Assembly: GCA_023334545.1 (NCBI GenBank)
Contig: JAADVB010000017.1
Coordinates: 68,748 to 132,747, forward strand
From: Salisapilia sapeloensis CBS 127946
Lineage: Eukaryota; Protista; Oomycota
Reading direction: 5' to 3'
DNA: 64,000 nucleotides
Shown: positions 40,271 through 51,707 of the stretch, piece after piece
How the letters are laid out: each line of letters begins with the position of its first letter
How positions within the stretch are numbered: position 1 is the stretch's first letter
Translations under genes and position numbers: made by a program
Notes under the pieces: model-generated
Told to the model about the DNA's origin: nothing
Database searches by the model: none
What the model saw: the letters and a program-made list of their open reading frames with translations, nothing else

Positions 40271-41242
40271 ATGAGCGATAACTACTTTGGTTTGCTGTCT
40301 ACCAACCATGTTGTAAATGGTCTTAATACATCCTTATCTTTATGTAGTAAGGTCCGGTGCGAAAGAATTGCTGGCAGACGCGATTACGCAATTACTGCAG
40401 GTGCGTCCGAATGCGCCACTCCATTTCCTCGCACAACAGTAGCCTTCTCTACGTTTATATGCATTGAAGCATCATTCTCATTACCCACAGTTTTTCTCAA
40501 CAAGAGGATGTAGTGCAGACTTGTGTTTGTTTACTACAAAATGATTCATCGCATCCACTACCGCAGGAGACGTGCTATCGAGCGTACCAGACATTAGTCT
40601 CGCCGAAAGATGCCAAGCATCCATTGACCATACAACAGTCAGCGACTAGACCAGGGTCTAGAAGGGGAATTAGAAGTAGTAATGATGCCAAACTACCGAA
40701 ACTAGCAGCTAGTAAAGATAGTACAATACCTTCGCCTTCCAGGGTATCAGCTAAGGAGACCAAATTGCTACCGTATAAAACATTCAAGGAAGTGCTCTGC
40801 CTGCTACTAGCAGACCTTCCAAGTCAGTTTCAGACGCAAGTATTTACTGTTGCGACGACCAACATGACAGCAAACGCCAAAGTCGTGGAGAAACAAGAGC
40901 AAGAGCATGTACCATTTTCAGAGTTCCAGAAAGGAGTACAGATTTGTTGCTGCTTTACAGGTACTTGATCTGCTTTACCATTCGTATCATACCTTCCGCT
41001 TACTGTGAATAGAGCTGTATGATGCCTTAGAGGATATCAGTCTCGATATTGCTAGTGAAAAAGAGCGTATTGGCGCAATGATTCTACGACTGGAGACAGC
41101 TGTATCTGAACTAGATAACCTATTGATGACGGCAACGAAGGCAAATGCCGATTTGTCGATATGCTTTCAAAATGAGTCAACGGCCAAAGGACCGATGGAC
41201 TCCAATCTACTCCTTCAAGCCATCTTAAACGAATACAAATGA
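40271..41242 (+). CDS. Tubulin polyglutamylase complex subunit 1-like (TPGS1/CSTPP1 family), 269 aa, 4 exons (40271-40289, 40348-40438, 40491-40960, 41013-41242)
   Basis: Splicing yields a D/D-type domain GAKELLADAITQLLQVRPNAPLHFLAQHF and EHVPFSEFQKGVQICCCFTELY. The three introns are 58, 52 and 52 nt; total length is divisible by 3. Confidence 0.7.
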
Positions 41243-41276
41243 AATGACAGAGAGCATTGCATGGCTCCAACAGACT

Positions 41277-41649
41277 CTATTTCATGTTAAGCATGCCCAA
41301 GATGTTCTTTCGCACCTTGTTGTTCTGAATGTACGCCGGCTGACCGAGACCTCGGATACGTTCCCGCGACTTTTTCGTGTTAATATGACGCTTGTTGGAT
41401 TTGGCACGCTTGACAAGGCCATTGGAGTTCACCCAAAAGCGCTTCTTGACGGCCGATTTTGTCTTTTGCTTCGTCGCCATCGTACGCACTTGACTCTCCG
41501 CCGCCATTTGTGCAATCGTCGGCATGCCTGACATCTTTGCAACCGGTGCCAAGGCACGCGTAAGGGATCTATCATATGCAACATCCAGATAAGCTCATAG
41601 GTCACAGAGATAGCAGATAATCGAGCTCTTACCCTAGCAGAGACGCCAT
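41277..41649 (-). CDS. MRPL35: Mitochondrial ribosomal protein bL35m, 102 aa; intron 41569-41632
   Basis: KTKSAVKKRF...KRAKSNKRHINTKKSRERIRGL; presequence MASLLGSLTRALAP formed by splicing. Confidence 0.9.
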
Positions 41650-42054
41650 GCTCCTTTGTTGTTTGGTTCGTGGTGGGGAAGCGTCTCACTTACATACCTA
41701 TCCATGCAGTATTCTATCTTAGTCAAAGTATCTCAAATACCTTTATATTGTGGGACAATGAAGTAGTCTTACTGGATGATAGTCTTCCTCTTGGACCGAG
41801 ATGATATTCTAGTAGACATACTTCCTGCCGTATCGTACCTGCATTCAAAGTCCATTCCGCCTCATCTTGTTCTTCAAGTAATAGATGAAAAGAAAAAAGA
41901 AGATTTCATAGTTCAAGATCTTTTGTTTCAAAAGTTTATTCCTCTCTTTCCTTTGCCCTGGATGTCTGCTATTCGACTCCTATTTTTCTTTCTTTCTTCT
42001 GTTTACATGGCAAAATGTCTGTTCGTCCAACGAAAATAAATGCAACGAGCGTCC

Positions 42055-43335
42055 TTACTCTTCTGGCGAATTGACTGCATTCGCCAACAATCGGTTCGAC
42101 ATATTCGTCTTGGCCGATTGCAAAAGTAACGTATTCATGAGCTCCGCTTGATTCTTCTTGTGTTTCTTCTTCCCAAACTTGTGTGCTTCCACCAGGAATC
42201 CTTTCGATCCATCTGGTTGCACTTGTGTCGTCCGAGGTGCTTTCGACTGCATCGCTTGTTGCCGAGCGAGCTTTAGCAATTGCACCCACAAGTCCGCTTC
42301 ATCCGTATCTTTCGACCGGACAATCAACAACGGATCGTTCTTAAATTCTAACCGCAAGTCACCGTGGTTCATCGCTTCCACTCTCGTGACAGACCGCAAG
42401 TCAATGACACCACGTGCAGATTTCCAATAACTACGCTTATATAGGAACACGAGACCTGCGTTAAAGTCCAGATAGAACCACCGTTTGCGCCAACTACGTA
42501 ATAAGAGTGGAATCGTATCCTTCAGCACGTACAAGTGTCCACAGTACGGAGGGAGATCGATGTGCACTGGCTTTGGTGTCTGCGGAAGCGTGAGCTCCGT
42601 CTCGGGCAGATTCATAACAGTGGCTTGAGGGGCAGAGGGTTTATCTTCGTCCATAAGGGCTTGGAGGAAGAACTCTTTAAAGCGATTCTGCTCCGTCTGG
42701 ATGACAGAAACAGCTTGCGCCATGACTTCTTGGTCATGCAATAGCTCCTGGACGTCCTGGTCATCCAATGCCAAGCTACGGGACTTTAAGCGACCTTCCT
42801 TTTGGATCTCTTCTTTCGTCCCTTCGTCCACGACATTGCCTTCCTCATCCAGTAGTTCAAATCGACCACTCCTTGTCCTCTCGCGCTTGAACACTGTCGG
42901 TTCTAACGGTCGAGCGAACGGGTACAAGTCGGACTCAGTAAAGTCGATTTCGTCCTTGCGACTATCAAAAATGTTATCAAGGCCCAAGTTGTTCTTCCAT
43001 AGCTCCAACGTATTGAGACAGTCATCGACGTCGTAATAACCATGTGACTGGAAGAAGGCCACACCTTCGTCCTCCTCCTCAATATCCGCCACCGTGCCAT
43101 ATAGTTTTTGTAAATGCTTCTCGAAAGGCGTGTCGACGTCTTCTAGATATTCATCATACTCTGCTTCCGGTTCATAGCTGTAAGAGCGCTCGAAGCGATT
43201 CGCTAACGTCCGTTCCATACGTTCTTTCAGTCGAGACGCACTATCGTCGTTTGCTGTGAGCACCATATCCGAGTGACTTTTGTCGGTACAAAGTTGAGAT
43301 TTCGAGCTGTCGACCTGTCGGGCGATCGAAGGCAT
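42055..43335 (-). CDS. PH-domain protein with acidic N-terminal half, about 426 aa
   Basis: YCGHLYVLK...WRKRWFYLD...ARGVIDL...ADLWVQLL. First ATG at 43335. Confidence 0.82.
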   Translation of the reverse strand: MPSIARQVDSSKSQLCTDKSHSDMVLTANDDSASRLKERMERTLANRFERSYSYEPEAEYDEYLEDVDTPFEKHLQKLYGTVADIEEEDEGVAFFQSHGYYDVDDCLNTLELWKNNLGLDNIFDSRKDEIDFTESDLYPFARPLEPTVFKRERTRSGRFELLDEEGNVVDEGTKEEIQKEGRLKSRSLALDDQDVQELLHDQEVMAQAVSVIQTEQNRFKEFFLQALMDEDKPSAPQATVMNLPETELTLPQTPKPVHIDLPPYCGHLYVLKDTIPLLLRSWRKRWFYLDFNAGLVFLYKRSYWKSARGVIDLRSVTRVEAMNHGDLRLEFKNDPLLIVRSKDTDEADLWVQLLKLARQQAMQSKAPRTTQVQPDGSKGFLVEAHKFGKKKHKKNQAELMNTLLLQSAKTNMSNRLLANAVNSPEE

Positions 43336-43853
43336 GGTAGAAGCGTTGGCACTAGTGTACACTGGAGCTTGGGGTCGGATGGCGATGTTGAGCCAAGTGC
43401 GATTGTGTGGGACTTGCTGCCGGGTGGAAGGGGCTCGTACGCAAGAAACAGAGCCCTTGTCTATGGTGAGAAAAGCACGGTAAGTGCCGCTTACGACGGA
43501 GGAAGGTATGCGAGACGATCGTTCCGTCACGACAGTACGCTAATCCACTGAGCAGCGTCGGTATACCTTGTTCTTGCAACTTGCAAGATAAGGGTATTGG
43601 CCACAGTTCTCTCCCGTTGTCGTAGGCGATTTGAAGGTCGGAGGATGCAGTAGCAAATGCAAAAGTGGATGGGTGAGTTGACTTCGGCGAGCTAATGCCG
43701 TTTAGAATCCATTATAAATTCCTTTCTACGTTCTTGTACTTCAATATCAAGGGAGCGTTCCTGGAAGCATACGCAGTATCTTCCTTTGATTGGCTGAAAT
43801 TGAAGTCTGAAGCCACTACTTTCTGGGTGCAAATGTACCACTTTCACACAACA

Positions 43854-45472
43854 ATGAATACAGGATGGACGCTTCTACTCAAGGTATCGGCAGCGGTGCT
43901 CTTGGTCCTTGGACCCTTTGCATTGATGCTGCAGATGCACCTAGTGCATCGAGAGGTTATGCAGTCGAATATGTTGCCGAATGTTGATCGCGTTAAACTA
44001 CAGGTCGCGCATGGAGGAAGTGGTGAATTCGATTTTGAACAGTATTTGGATCATGTACCAGAATTAAACGAGCAAGTTTACTCCAATGGTGCATTGCAAT
44101 CTTCATGGGCAGATCCTGTGAGTGAGGTGGACGCATTGCACTTGTCACTATTGCACGAAACGTGCGTGAATCGAACCGATACTATATTACCATGGTCTTT
44201 TGCTAGCTCGGGCAACGTCAGTTCCGACGATATGAACCACATACTGCATCGAGACGATCCAGACCTATACAACAAAATTCGGCAGTGCCCAGATGTTGAC
44301 ATCTACCTTCCCGTGGATATCCGAGGCCATGGCTATTGTGAAGACGCCGTGGCGTACCTCAAGTGTAACAACTTTCTCGCAACTTCAATACCGCTCTGAC
44401 TCATCTACTTTCCTGCATAGACCTCGAGTCGAGACTGTTACCACATTGGGTGTTTACAGAAACTTTTGTAGACCCTGTCTCCAAGAGAAAGTATAGCTAC
44501 TACGAATTATGCCCATCAAATGCGGTGATTTTTTTCAATCACTATTGGAACGGTCTCCCGGATTCACCTGACTGGCCATCAAGGAAACCTGTTTACATGA
44601 TGCCGAACATTGAAATGTATGAGACACGTGCCAAGCACTATTGGCGTGCCGATATGGTGTTATGTAAAACAGCAGTGTGTGCTCGTCGTGTCAAGAAATG
44701 GTATGAGCAAGAAGGTAATCCTCGCAATGCACATGTGCTCTATACTCGTCATACAAGCTCCAACATTGGTGTCTTGGCGCAAAGCCGTATGGAAACGCGG
44801 GAGAAAGACTTCACCAACATGACGTTTACGCATGCTATTGGTCACAGTATATACAAAGGCACAGATGAAGTCATCGGGTGTTGGTTAGACCATCCCGAGT
44901 TTCCTCTTCTGAATGTCTACATGATGCCAGATTTCTATGATGGCTACCGGCAACGTTTCGGAGAAAAGAGGTTGGAGACGAGTCCGCAATTGAAGATGCA
45001 TGTGGGGACGATCGATGAGGACGACTTTGGTAAAATCGTTGCCGAGTCTGCTTACATGGTGTGTACGAGTACAATGGAAGGGTACGGGCATTACATCAAC
45101 CAGGCAAGAGCAACGGGCGCTGCGATCGTAACCACTGACTTGCCACCCATGAACGAATTGCTTTCTTCAGATTCGGCCCAGATGGTCCGGATCACGCCAG
45201 CATCGGATCGATTTCAGTTTCTCAGCGGAAAGTACATGGGCGAGCATGGGTTGAAGGCCAAGCCGGCGTTACGCGGAACTTTGAAGGCCTCCAACGTTTG
45301 TGACGGCGTGCAAGCACTAATGGCCCGCAGCGTAGAAGACCGCATGCGATTGGGTGAAAACGCGCGGAAGCAATATGCCATTGACCTACGTTTCTTTGCC
45401 GCGAAAATGCGCGAGCTACGTGCTTACGTCCAAGGTAGGAAGAGAGTACGGCCTTCAAGCACAGTAGATTGA
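43854..45472 (+). CDS. Type II membrane GT-B (GT4-like) glycosyltransferase paralog 2, 520 aa; intron 44365-44420
   Basis: TM anchor; CPDVDIYLP...YCEDAVAYLKYLESRLLPHW; YELCP; YKGT; EGYGHYINQARATGAAIVTTDLPPMNEL. Confidence 0.88.
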
Positions 45473-45749
45473 CATTGACTAAAAAGCTTGAACGTCCTCG
45501 TCTCACGGATATATTTTGTTTTGTCAAAGAAAAGAAAATTTTTGCATGCACCAATAACGAGTCCGAAGCCAGTCGTGTGATCTCCTTCACCACGTTCGTC
45601 TATCAATACGTAACGATAGGGTCGCTCGATCTGCCGCAATCGCTCACTGTGAGAAAAATACTTACTCGACCGTGCGTAATCGCTTGCACTCCATCCCGTG
45701 CATACTCGAATCAAGTCATTTCGCAACTACAGAAAAAGTGTCAGCGCGA

Positions 45750-47657
45750 ATGCCAAGTGCCGTCGAAGTCGACACGACCGCCATGCTCGGGACACCACCA
45801 GGGTCAGGTGGTTCCTACAGCTCCTTCTTGTCACCAAAGGACGCCAAACGTCTCGGACAGAGCTACCAGTCGACGCATGAAGTTTCCGACGAACTGGCTA
45901 CACCCACGACCCCAAAGGACAGTGCCTTTGACGTCCAAGTCGAACCGATATACGACAGTCAGATGAGCGACATCAATCCTTTCAGTAGCACCGCTCCCGT
46001 CTTATCTTTGCCATCGATCGCATCGGACAATGACCACAAGCTCACGCGTCGGCACACGCACGTCGGCATGCGCAATAAACGCATGCAGCGAGGTCATTTA
46101 CGTGAATTAGCAAAAACAGCATTAACCGAACGTAGTACACACGTCGGAGACATTGATCTATCCTTTTCTCATGATGGGAATCTACGTGAAAGCATTCGCC
46201 TTGTCCAAGCGTACTCACGTCGAGACTTGCCATTGGAAGAAGTGCATGTAACAGCAACGCATCGCTTCCGACGATGTGAAGTGCACCTTCGCCGAGACGT
46301 ACTGACATGGAACCGGCATGTCAAGTCTGATAAGAGCATTGATACAGATGATATTGTTGGTGCCCAGGTCGTGAAGAAGGAAGGACAGAGTGTCTTGATC
46401 GTCCACTACTTTCGCAAAGGCCATGGGCACGGGAGTAAAGCTTTAAAACGAAAACACAAGACGATTCAGTTTAAACTCGATCTGCCGGATGCAAATCGTA
46501 TGGCGAGTGCTATCCAGGAACTCGTTCGATGGCAAGCACGTGCACCGACGTATAGTGAGAAGAGGAAGATCAAGATTGTCGTGAATCCACACTCTGGCAA
46601 AAGGAAAGCCCAGCGGATTTGGACGGAACAAGTGAAGCCTATGCTAGAGCTTGGGAACTTTGACTGTGTCGTGGAAGAAACGGCGTATGGAGGTCATGCG
46701 TACGAAATGGGGCGAGAATACCGCGCAGACGACGGCTTCGAAGCTCTCGTCTTCATCGGTGGTGACGGAACGTTATGTGAATTCATGAACGGACTACTGT
46801 CTCGTCCAGAGCACGAGTGGCGAGAGATTGTCGCGACGACACCGATGAGTCTCATCTCGGCCGGGACGCAGAATGCCTTTGGCACTGGCGTCGGTACACC
46901 TACGGCACACGCGTCCTTGTTCTGCATCATTAAGAGGAAGGTGCGTCCGTTGGATGTTGTGACGACAGTGGCGGAGAAGGATCCGACAGTGGTGCACTAC
47001 AGCTTCTGTGGTGTCGGATGGGGTGTCGCTGGTGACGTCGCTGCTGATTCCGAGAAGCATCGGTGGTTAGGAACGTCGCGATACGCTTGGTTAAAGATCA
47101 AATGGGCGCTATTGATGCCCAAGAAGCACAAGGGTAAGTTTAGGTACGTTCTGACGGATCCACAGCCACGTCTGCGTAAGTATGATGAGATTAAGGACGA
47201 AGGTGCAGAAGATCAGTTTGATATGGAAGAAGGAAATCCGTATGATGACGGGACGCGAGAACGAGCGTCGTGGGGAGGAGTCGCGCATGGCGTGACGAGC
47301 CCTGCGAGTACTGAGAGGTACCCACCAGAGATGTGGACGGAGGAGTCTGGAAGTTATATCGTCGTCGGTGTTTTAAATGCCGCTCCTGATGGTGCCTATA
47401 CTCATCCTTCGGATGGTAATTTGGATCTGGTGGTTACGAGAAAAGGGACTTTGCTTCAGACACTGCATCTAGCGCTCTTGTACCTCGTCGGGAAGGAACT
47501 CAAGAGTCCGTTGCTATCGTATTTGAAAGTCAAGACGGTGGTGGTGAGTCCGGAGGATGAGACGGATGCCGCCAATATTGACGGAGAGGAACTTGCGGGT
47601 GGTCCGTGGCGGATGGAAGTCGTGCCGAGTCTGTTTAAAGCTTTATCGGAAAAGTAG
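45750..47657 (+). CDS. Sphingosine/ceramide kinase (DAGK catalytic domain) with upstream PH-like region, 635 aa
   Basis: VVNPHSGK, IGGDGTLCEFMNGL, ISAGTQNAF, ANIDGE. Confidence 0.9.
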   Translation: MPSAVEVDTTAMLGTPPGSGGSYSSFLSPKDAKRLGQSYQSTHEVSDELATPTTPKDSAFDVQVEPIYDSQMSDINPFSSTAPVLSLPSIASDNDHKLTRRHTHVGMRNKRMQRGHLRELAKTALTERSTHVGDIDLSFSHDGNLRESIRLVQAYSRRDLPLEEVHVTATHRFRRCEVHLRRDVLTWNRHVKSDKSIDTDDIVGAQVVKKEGQSVLIVHYFRKGHGHGSKALKRKHKTIQFKLDLPDANRMASAIQELVRWQARAPTYSEKRKIKIVVNPHSGKRKAQRIWTEQVKPMLELGNFDCVVEETAYGGHAYEMGREYRADDGFEALVFIGGDGTLCEFMNGLLSRPEHEWREIVATTPMSLISAGTQNAFGTGVGTPTAHASLFCIIKRKVRPLDVVTTVAEKDPTVVHYSFCGVGWGVAGDVAADSEKHRWLGTSRYAWLKIKWALLMPKKHKGKFRYVLTDPQPRLRKYDEIKDEGAEDQFDMEEGNPYDDGTRERASWGGVAHGVTSPASTERYPPEMWTEESGSYIVVGVLNAAPDGAYTHPSDGNLDLVVTRKGTLLQTLHLALLYLVGKELKSPLLSYLKVKTVVVSPEDETDAANIDGEELAGGPWRMEVVPSLFKALSEK

Positions 47658-47752
47658 GTTTTCTTTTCTTTTCTTTCGTCGGAAGCTTGGAGGAGACTGT
47701 GAATCGAAATGAATTTTATCTTTTTTTAAGAGATTAAGGTGTTTGGAAATGG

Positions 47753-48118
47753 TTATTGCTCTTCATCCTGATCGCCTGTGAAGGAGCTCGAGAACTTGAC
47801 GATCGCACGGCCGATCGCACCAATCCATTCGTCCTTTTGATGCTCGCTGTCGGCGTACATGTAGTAGGTGCTGTCAGGCGTGGCAATTTCAAAGCAGTGG
47901 CGTTTGTTCGTCTTGTCTTCAGCAGACTTGACGGTTAGACAGTCGGCGAGGTCGATGAGTCCATGCGCAGGTTCTCCTTTTTCTCGACAAAAGTAGAGCT
48001 TGTTGCCCTTGAGGACAAAGTAGCGCTTTCGCCACTCTTTTAGCCAGACGCTGCGCTTTGTAAGTTCTCCTTCATAATCTGGGTGAGAGATATCCACTTG
48101 TGAGTAGTCTCCCTCCAT
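47753..48118 (-). CDS. Stand-alone PH-domain protein, 121 aa
   Basis: EGELTKRSVWLKEWRKRYFVLK...GLIDL...KDEWIGAI. Confidence 0.92.
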   Translation of the reverse strand: MEGDYSQVDISHPDYEGELTKRSVWLKEWRKRYFVLKGNKLYFCREKGEPAHGLIDLADCLTVKSAEDKTNKRHCFEIATPDSTYYMYADSEHQKDEWIGAIGRAIVKFSSSFTGDQDEEQ

Positions 48119-48506
48119 GCCACACGAAAAGAGAAAGGAGCTCTAGTCGAAGTACTCGCTTTGTTTGCTTTGTTTGTTCCACGTCAGTCTCATCATTGGA
48201 CAAAAAGTAAGTATACAACATACGATTGGATAAAAAGAAGCACACTTGTTTCTACGAAAGAAAAAAGAAGACGTATCCATTTGCAATGAAACTATATTCT
48301 TTCCAAGACAAAGAAATCAATTTGATGATTACTTGTTAAGTATCCCAATCCTAAACGACACATTCACCGCACTTAAAGCCACTTGCACGCGTCTCCTTAT
48401 TTTATATCTAGTTAATGCATTCAACAAGTTCATGACCTAATTTAATAGAACGAAAAGATCTGCGGCCCTGACGTGCTCACAATTCAAATCGCTACAAGCT
48501 ACAAAC

Positions 48507-49529
48507 ATGTTTGGTCGTGTCGCTCGTTCCATCTCGCTTCAGAATGCCTTGGCCATGCGCCAGACGGCTGCCTACAGCAGTGCTGCTGCTGGACGCAAGG
48601 TCGCGGTCCTCGGTGCTGCCGGTGGTATCGGTCAGCCCATGTCGCTCCTCCTCAAGGACTGCGACGACATCTCGCACTTGAGCCTCTTCGACGTCGTGAA
48701 CACGCCTGGTGTCGCGGCGGATATTGGCCACATCAACAGCCGATCCAAGGTCACCGGTCACACCGGCATGGAGAACGCTGGCGCCGCCCTTGAAGGCTGT
48801 GATGTCGTTGTTATCCCCGCTGGTGTTCCGCGCAAGCCCGGTATGACGCGTGACGATCTCTTCAACACGAACGCCACGATCGTCCAGGACCTGGCCAAGG
48901 CCGCCACCGAGTACTGCCCCAAGGCGATGATGCTCATCATCAGTAACCCCGTGAACTCGACGGTCCCGATCGTCGCCGAGACCTTCAAGAAGGCTGGCGT
49001 ATACGACCCGAAGCGCTTGTTCGGTGTCACGACGCTCGATGTTGTCCGTGCCAACACATTCGTCGGCCAGACCCTCGAGAAGGACCCGAAGGGTATGGAT
49101 GTCAAGGTCATCGGTGGTCACGCCGGTACGACGATCTTGCCTCTGCTTTCGCAGGTGGAAGGTGCTTCCTTCTCGGAGGACCAGATCAAGGAGCTGACGC
49201 ACCGCATCCAATTCGGCGGAGATGAAGTTGTCAAGGCCAAGGACGGTGCCGGATCGGCCACGCTCTCGATGGCGTACGCTGGTGCTCGTTTCACGATGCG
49301 TCTCTTGGAAGCCATGAACGGCAAGAAGGACGTTGTCGAGTGCTGCTTCACGGAGAACAACGTGACGGACGCTCCGTTCTTCTCGACGCCGACGACGCTC
49401 GGCCCGAACGGTGTGGAACAGGTGCACTCGTTCGGCAAGTTGTCCCCAACGGAACAGGAAAACTATGACGCTATGATCGGTGACTTGCAGAAGCAGATCC
49501 AGAAGGGTCTGGACTTTGCCAACAACTAA
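48507..49529 (+). CDS. MDH2: Mitochondrial malate dehydrogenase, 340 aa
   Basis: KVAVLGAAGGIGQPMSLL, IPAGVPRKPGMTRDDLFNTNA, ISNPVNSTVP, GGHAGTTI; presequence; strong C/G-ending codon bias. Confidence 0.98.
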   Translation: MFGRVARSISLQNALAMRQTAAYSSAAAGRKVAVLGAAGGIGQPMSLLLKDCDDISHLSLFDVVNTPGVAADIGHINSRSKVTGHTGMENAGAALEGCDVVVIPAGVPRKPGMTRDDLFNTNATIVQDLAKAATEYCPKAMMLIISNPVNSTVPIVAETFKKAGVYDPKRLFGVTTLDVVRANTFVGQTLEKDPKGMDVKVIGGHAGTTILPLLSQVEGASFSEDQIKELTHRIQFGGDEVVKAKDGAGSATLSMAYAGARFTMRLLEAMNGKKDVVECCFTENNVTDAPFFSTPTTLGPNGVEQVHSFGKLSPTEQENYDAMIGDLQKQIQKGLDFANN

Positions 49530-49739
49530 ATTGCGCAGACGTAGATAGTCTTTCGACACCTTGAGAATGCACCTTTTTTCTTTCTGAAAATCAATACAAA
49601 GGGGTATTTGAAAATGTATAGCCTTAGTCTATATTAAGAACAAGATCCATGAAAAGGATCAACCAAAGAAAAAATATAAAAGGTTTCTTTTTCGTACTTT
49701 ACTGAAGAGAAACGTTGGCTGGAGATTGGAATAGGAAGC

Positions 49740-51628
49740 ATGGGTACCGAGAAGGGAAGGAAGGCCTCCCGTCGAGACTCGTGTGACGATGAACATCGGT
49801 CGAGTCGGTCGAGACGGTCGAGATCTACTTCTAGATCTTCAAGAAGTCGTCGATACCGCTCTCGATCACGTAGTCCGCGACGACATCATCGTAGCAGACA
49901 CAGTCGGAGTCGCAGTCGGCAACGTCAACGTCGGGACGCGCGTTCTCGCTCGCGATCTCGCAGCCATCGTTCTCGTAAAAGACATGATGATAGACATTCG
50001 AAACATGACCGATCATCATCTAGAACCCATGTCCACAGGTCTCCACGCCACGAGGATTGTACGCAAGACAAGGAGCCGGAGCTAAAGGATGCGGAGAAGA
50101 CATTGCCAAAAGATCCAGTGATAGACAAGGCACAGGACCGTAGTGTAGAGTCAAGTATAGGTGTGGAAGCAAGCGAGAATGATGTAAAAGACGAGCTTCA
50201 TAGTGAAACGACAAGCAATACCAAGGACACGGCGTCGCCTGCGTCAACAAAGATCGAACCGACTACCTCTGTACCATTAGCACAGTCTAAAGTAGATGTG
50301 AGTGGGATGAAAGAGGATATTATGAAGGCTCTGGCACAAGCTCGAAGTACTCTGTCTGCGTTTAAAAAGCCGTCGGAGCCTCCCGTCGAAGCTCCAGCAG
50401 AACCTCCTGTACAAAAAACCCCAGCTACAGTAGACGAATTCGATATGTTTGCAGCAGCTGAATCGAGCAATCTACCTCCACTCCCGTCCGGTCCGGTGAA
50501 TATGACACAGCACAGTAATGGAGACGATGCGGATGGGTACTATCAACTAACCATCGGTGAAGTGTTGAATGGCAAGTACCGTGTCTTGGGCGCAGCAGGT
50601 AAAGGCGTTTTCTCGACCGTTCTCAAGTGTGAGCAGATCGCGCCTTGGGATAAGAAAGGAGATCTGATCGCGGTGAAATTGATTCGGAATAACGAAGTGA
50701 TGAAAGACGCTGCACAGACAGAGATGAAGATCTTGCAGAAGCTCGCGGAGAAAGATGTGCAGGATAAGAAACATTGCATTCGACTGCTAGAAACGTTTGA
50801 ACATCGAGGACACGTCGCTCTTGTCTTTCCGCGATTGAAGATGAACGTACGTGAAGCTATGCGCAAGTTTGGTGGCAAGAGTGGCATAAGCATCCAAGCT
50901 GTGCGTGTTTTTGCCAAGCAACTACTCATCGCTCTCAGTTTATTACAGTCCTGTCGTATCGTCCATGGTGATATCAAGCCAGATAATATCTTACTAGACG
51001 AGACACAGTCCAACGTTCGTCTATGTGACTTTGGTTCGGCGTTTCAAGTCGATGAGAAGAACGTCGAGCCGACGCCGTATCTCGTCAGTCGCTTCTATCG
51101 TGCACCAGAGATTACGCTCGGTCTTGCATACGATACACCAGTGGATATGTGGTCGATCGGCTGCTGTCTGTACGAGATGTTTACTGGTCAAGTCCTCTTC
51201 CCAGGTAGTACGAACAATGAAATGCTCAAGTACTTTATGTCTCTAAAAGGCAAAGTCCCTGCGAAGATGATTCGTAAGCATCGAACAGTCTTTGTCGAAC
51301 AGTTCGAGACGGAGCCACATTTTGATGAAGATTTGGCGTTTTGTAGTCGTGAAAGTGATCAAATTACAGGTACATCTCCCTCTCTCGAATATCTCAAGAG
51401 ACAAACATATTAACCAGATAGATTGTAGGCAAACCAGTGCTGCGTGTCCAAAGTGGTGTAAAAGTGACGATGGATTTGCATGCAAAGTTGATGCAAGCGA
51501 AGACTAGTACGGACGATCGGAAGCTCGTGACGGAATTAAAGAGTTTGCTGGACAAGATGCTCCATTTAGACCCGATGAAGCGTCTTTCGGTTCGAGATGC
51601 CCTCGCACATCCGTTTCTTCGAGGCTAA
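49740..51628 (+). CDS. PRPF4B: PRP4 kinase (PRPF4B), 609 aa; intron 51370-51428
   Basis: RS-rich N-terminus; GKGVFSTV, HGDIKPDNIL, LCDFGSA, TPYLVSRFYRAPE. Confidence 0.95.
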
Positions 51629-51707
51629 TCTCTATGCTTGTAGATCTCGACCGGATGGAGTACTTACGATAAAACATGCCTCTTGATACTTGACCTTATT
51701 CTGTCTT

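Noticed and set aside
41776-42039. 87-codon hydrophobic plus-strand ORF
   Set aside because: It lies in T-rich UTR/promoter sequence between two minus-strand genes; the hydrophobicity follows from poly-pyrimidine content.
48492-49559. 355-codon antisense ORF over MDH2
   Set aside because: It mirrors the sense frame. Strong codon bias in a highly expressed gene removes antisense stops; it has no motif and a non-ATG start.
49780-50030. Repetitive CG/AG-rich sequence
   Set aside because: It encodes the normal RS domain of PRP4 kinase and is not a DNA repeat element.
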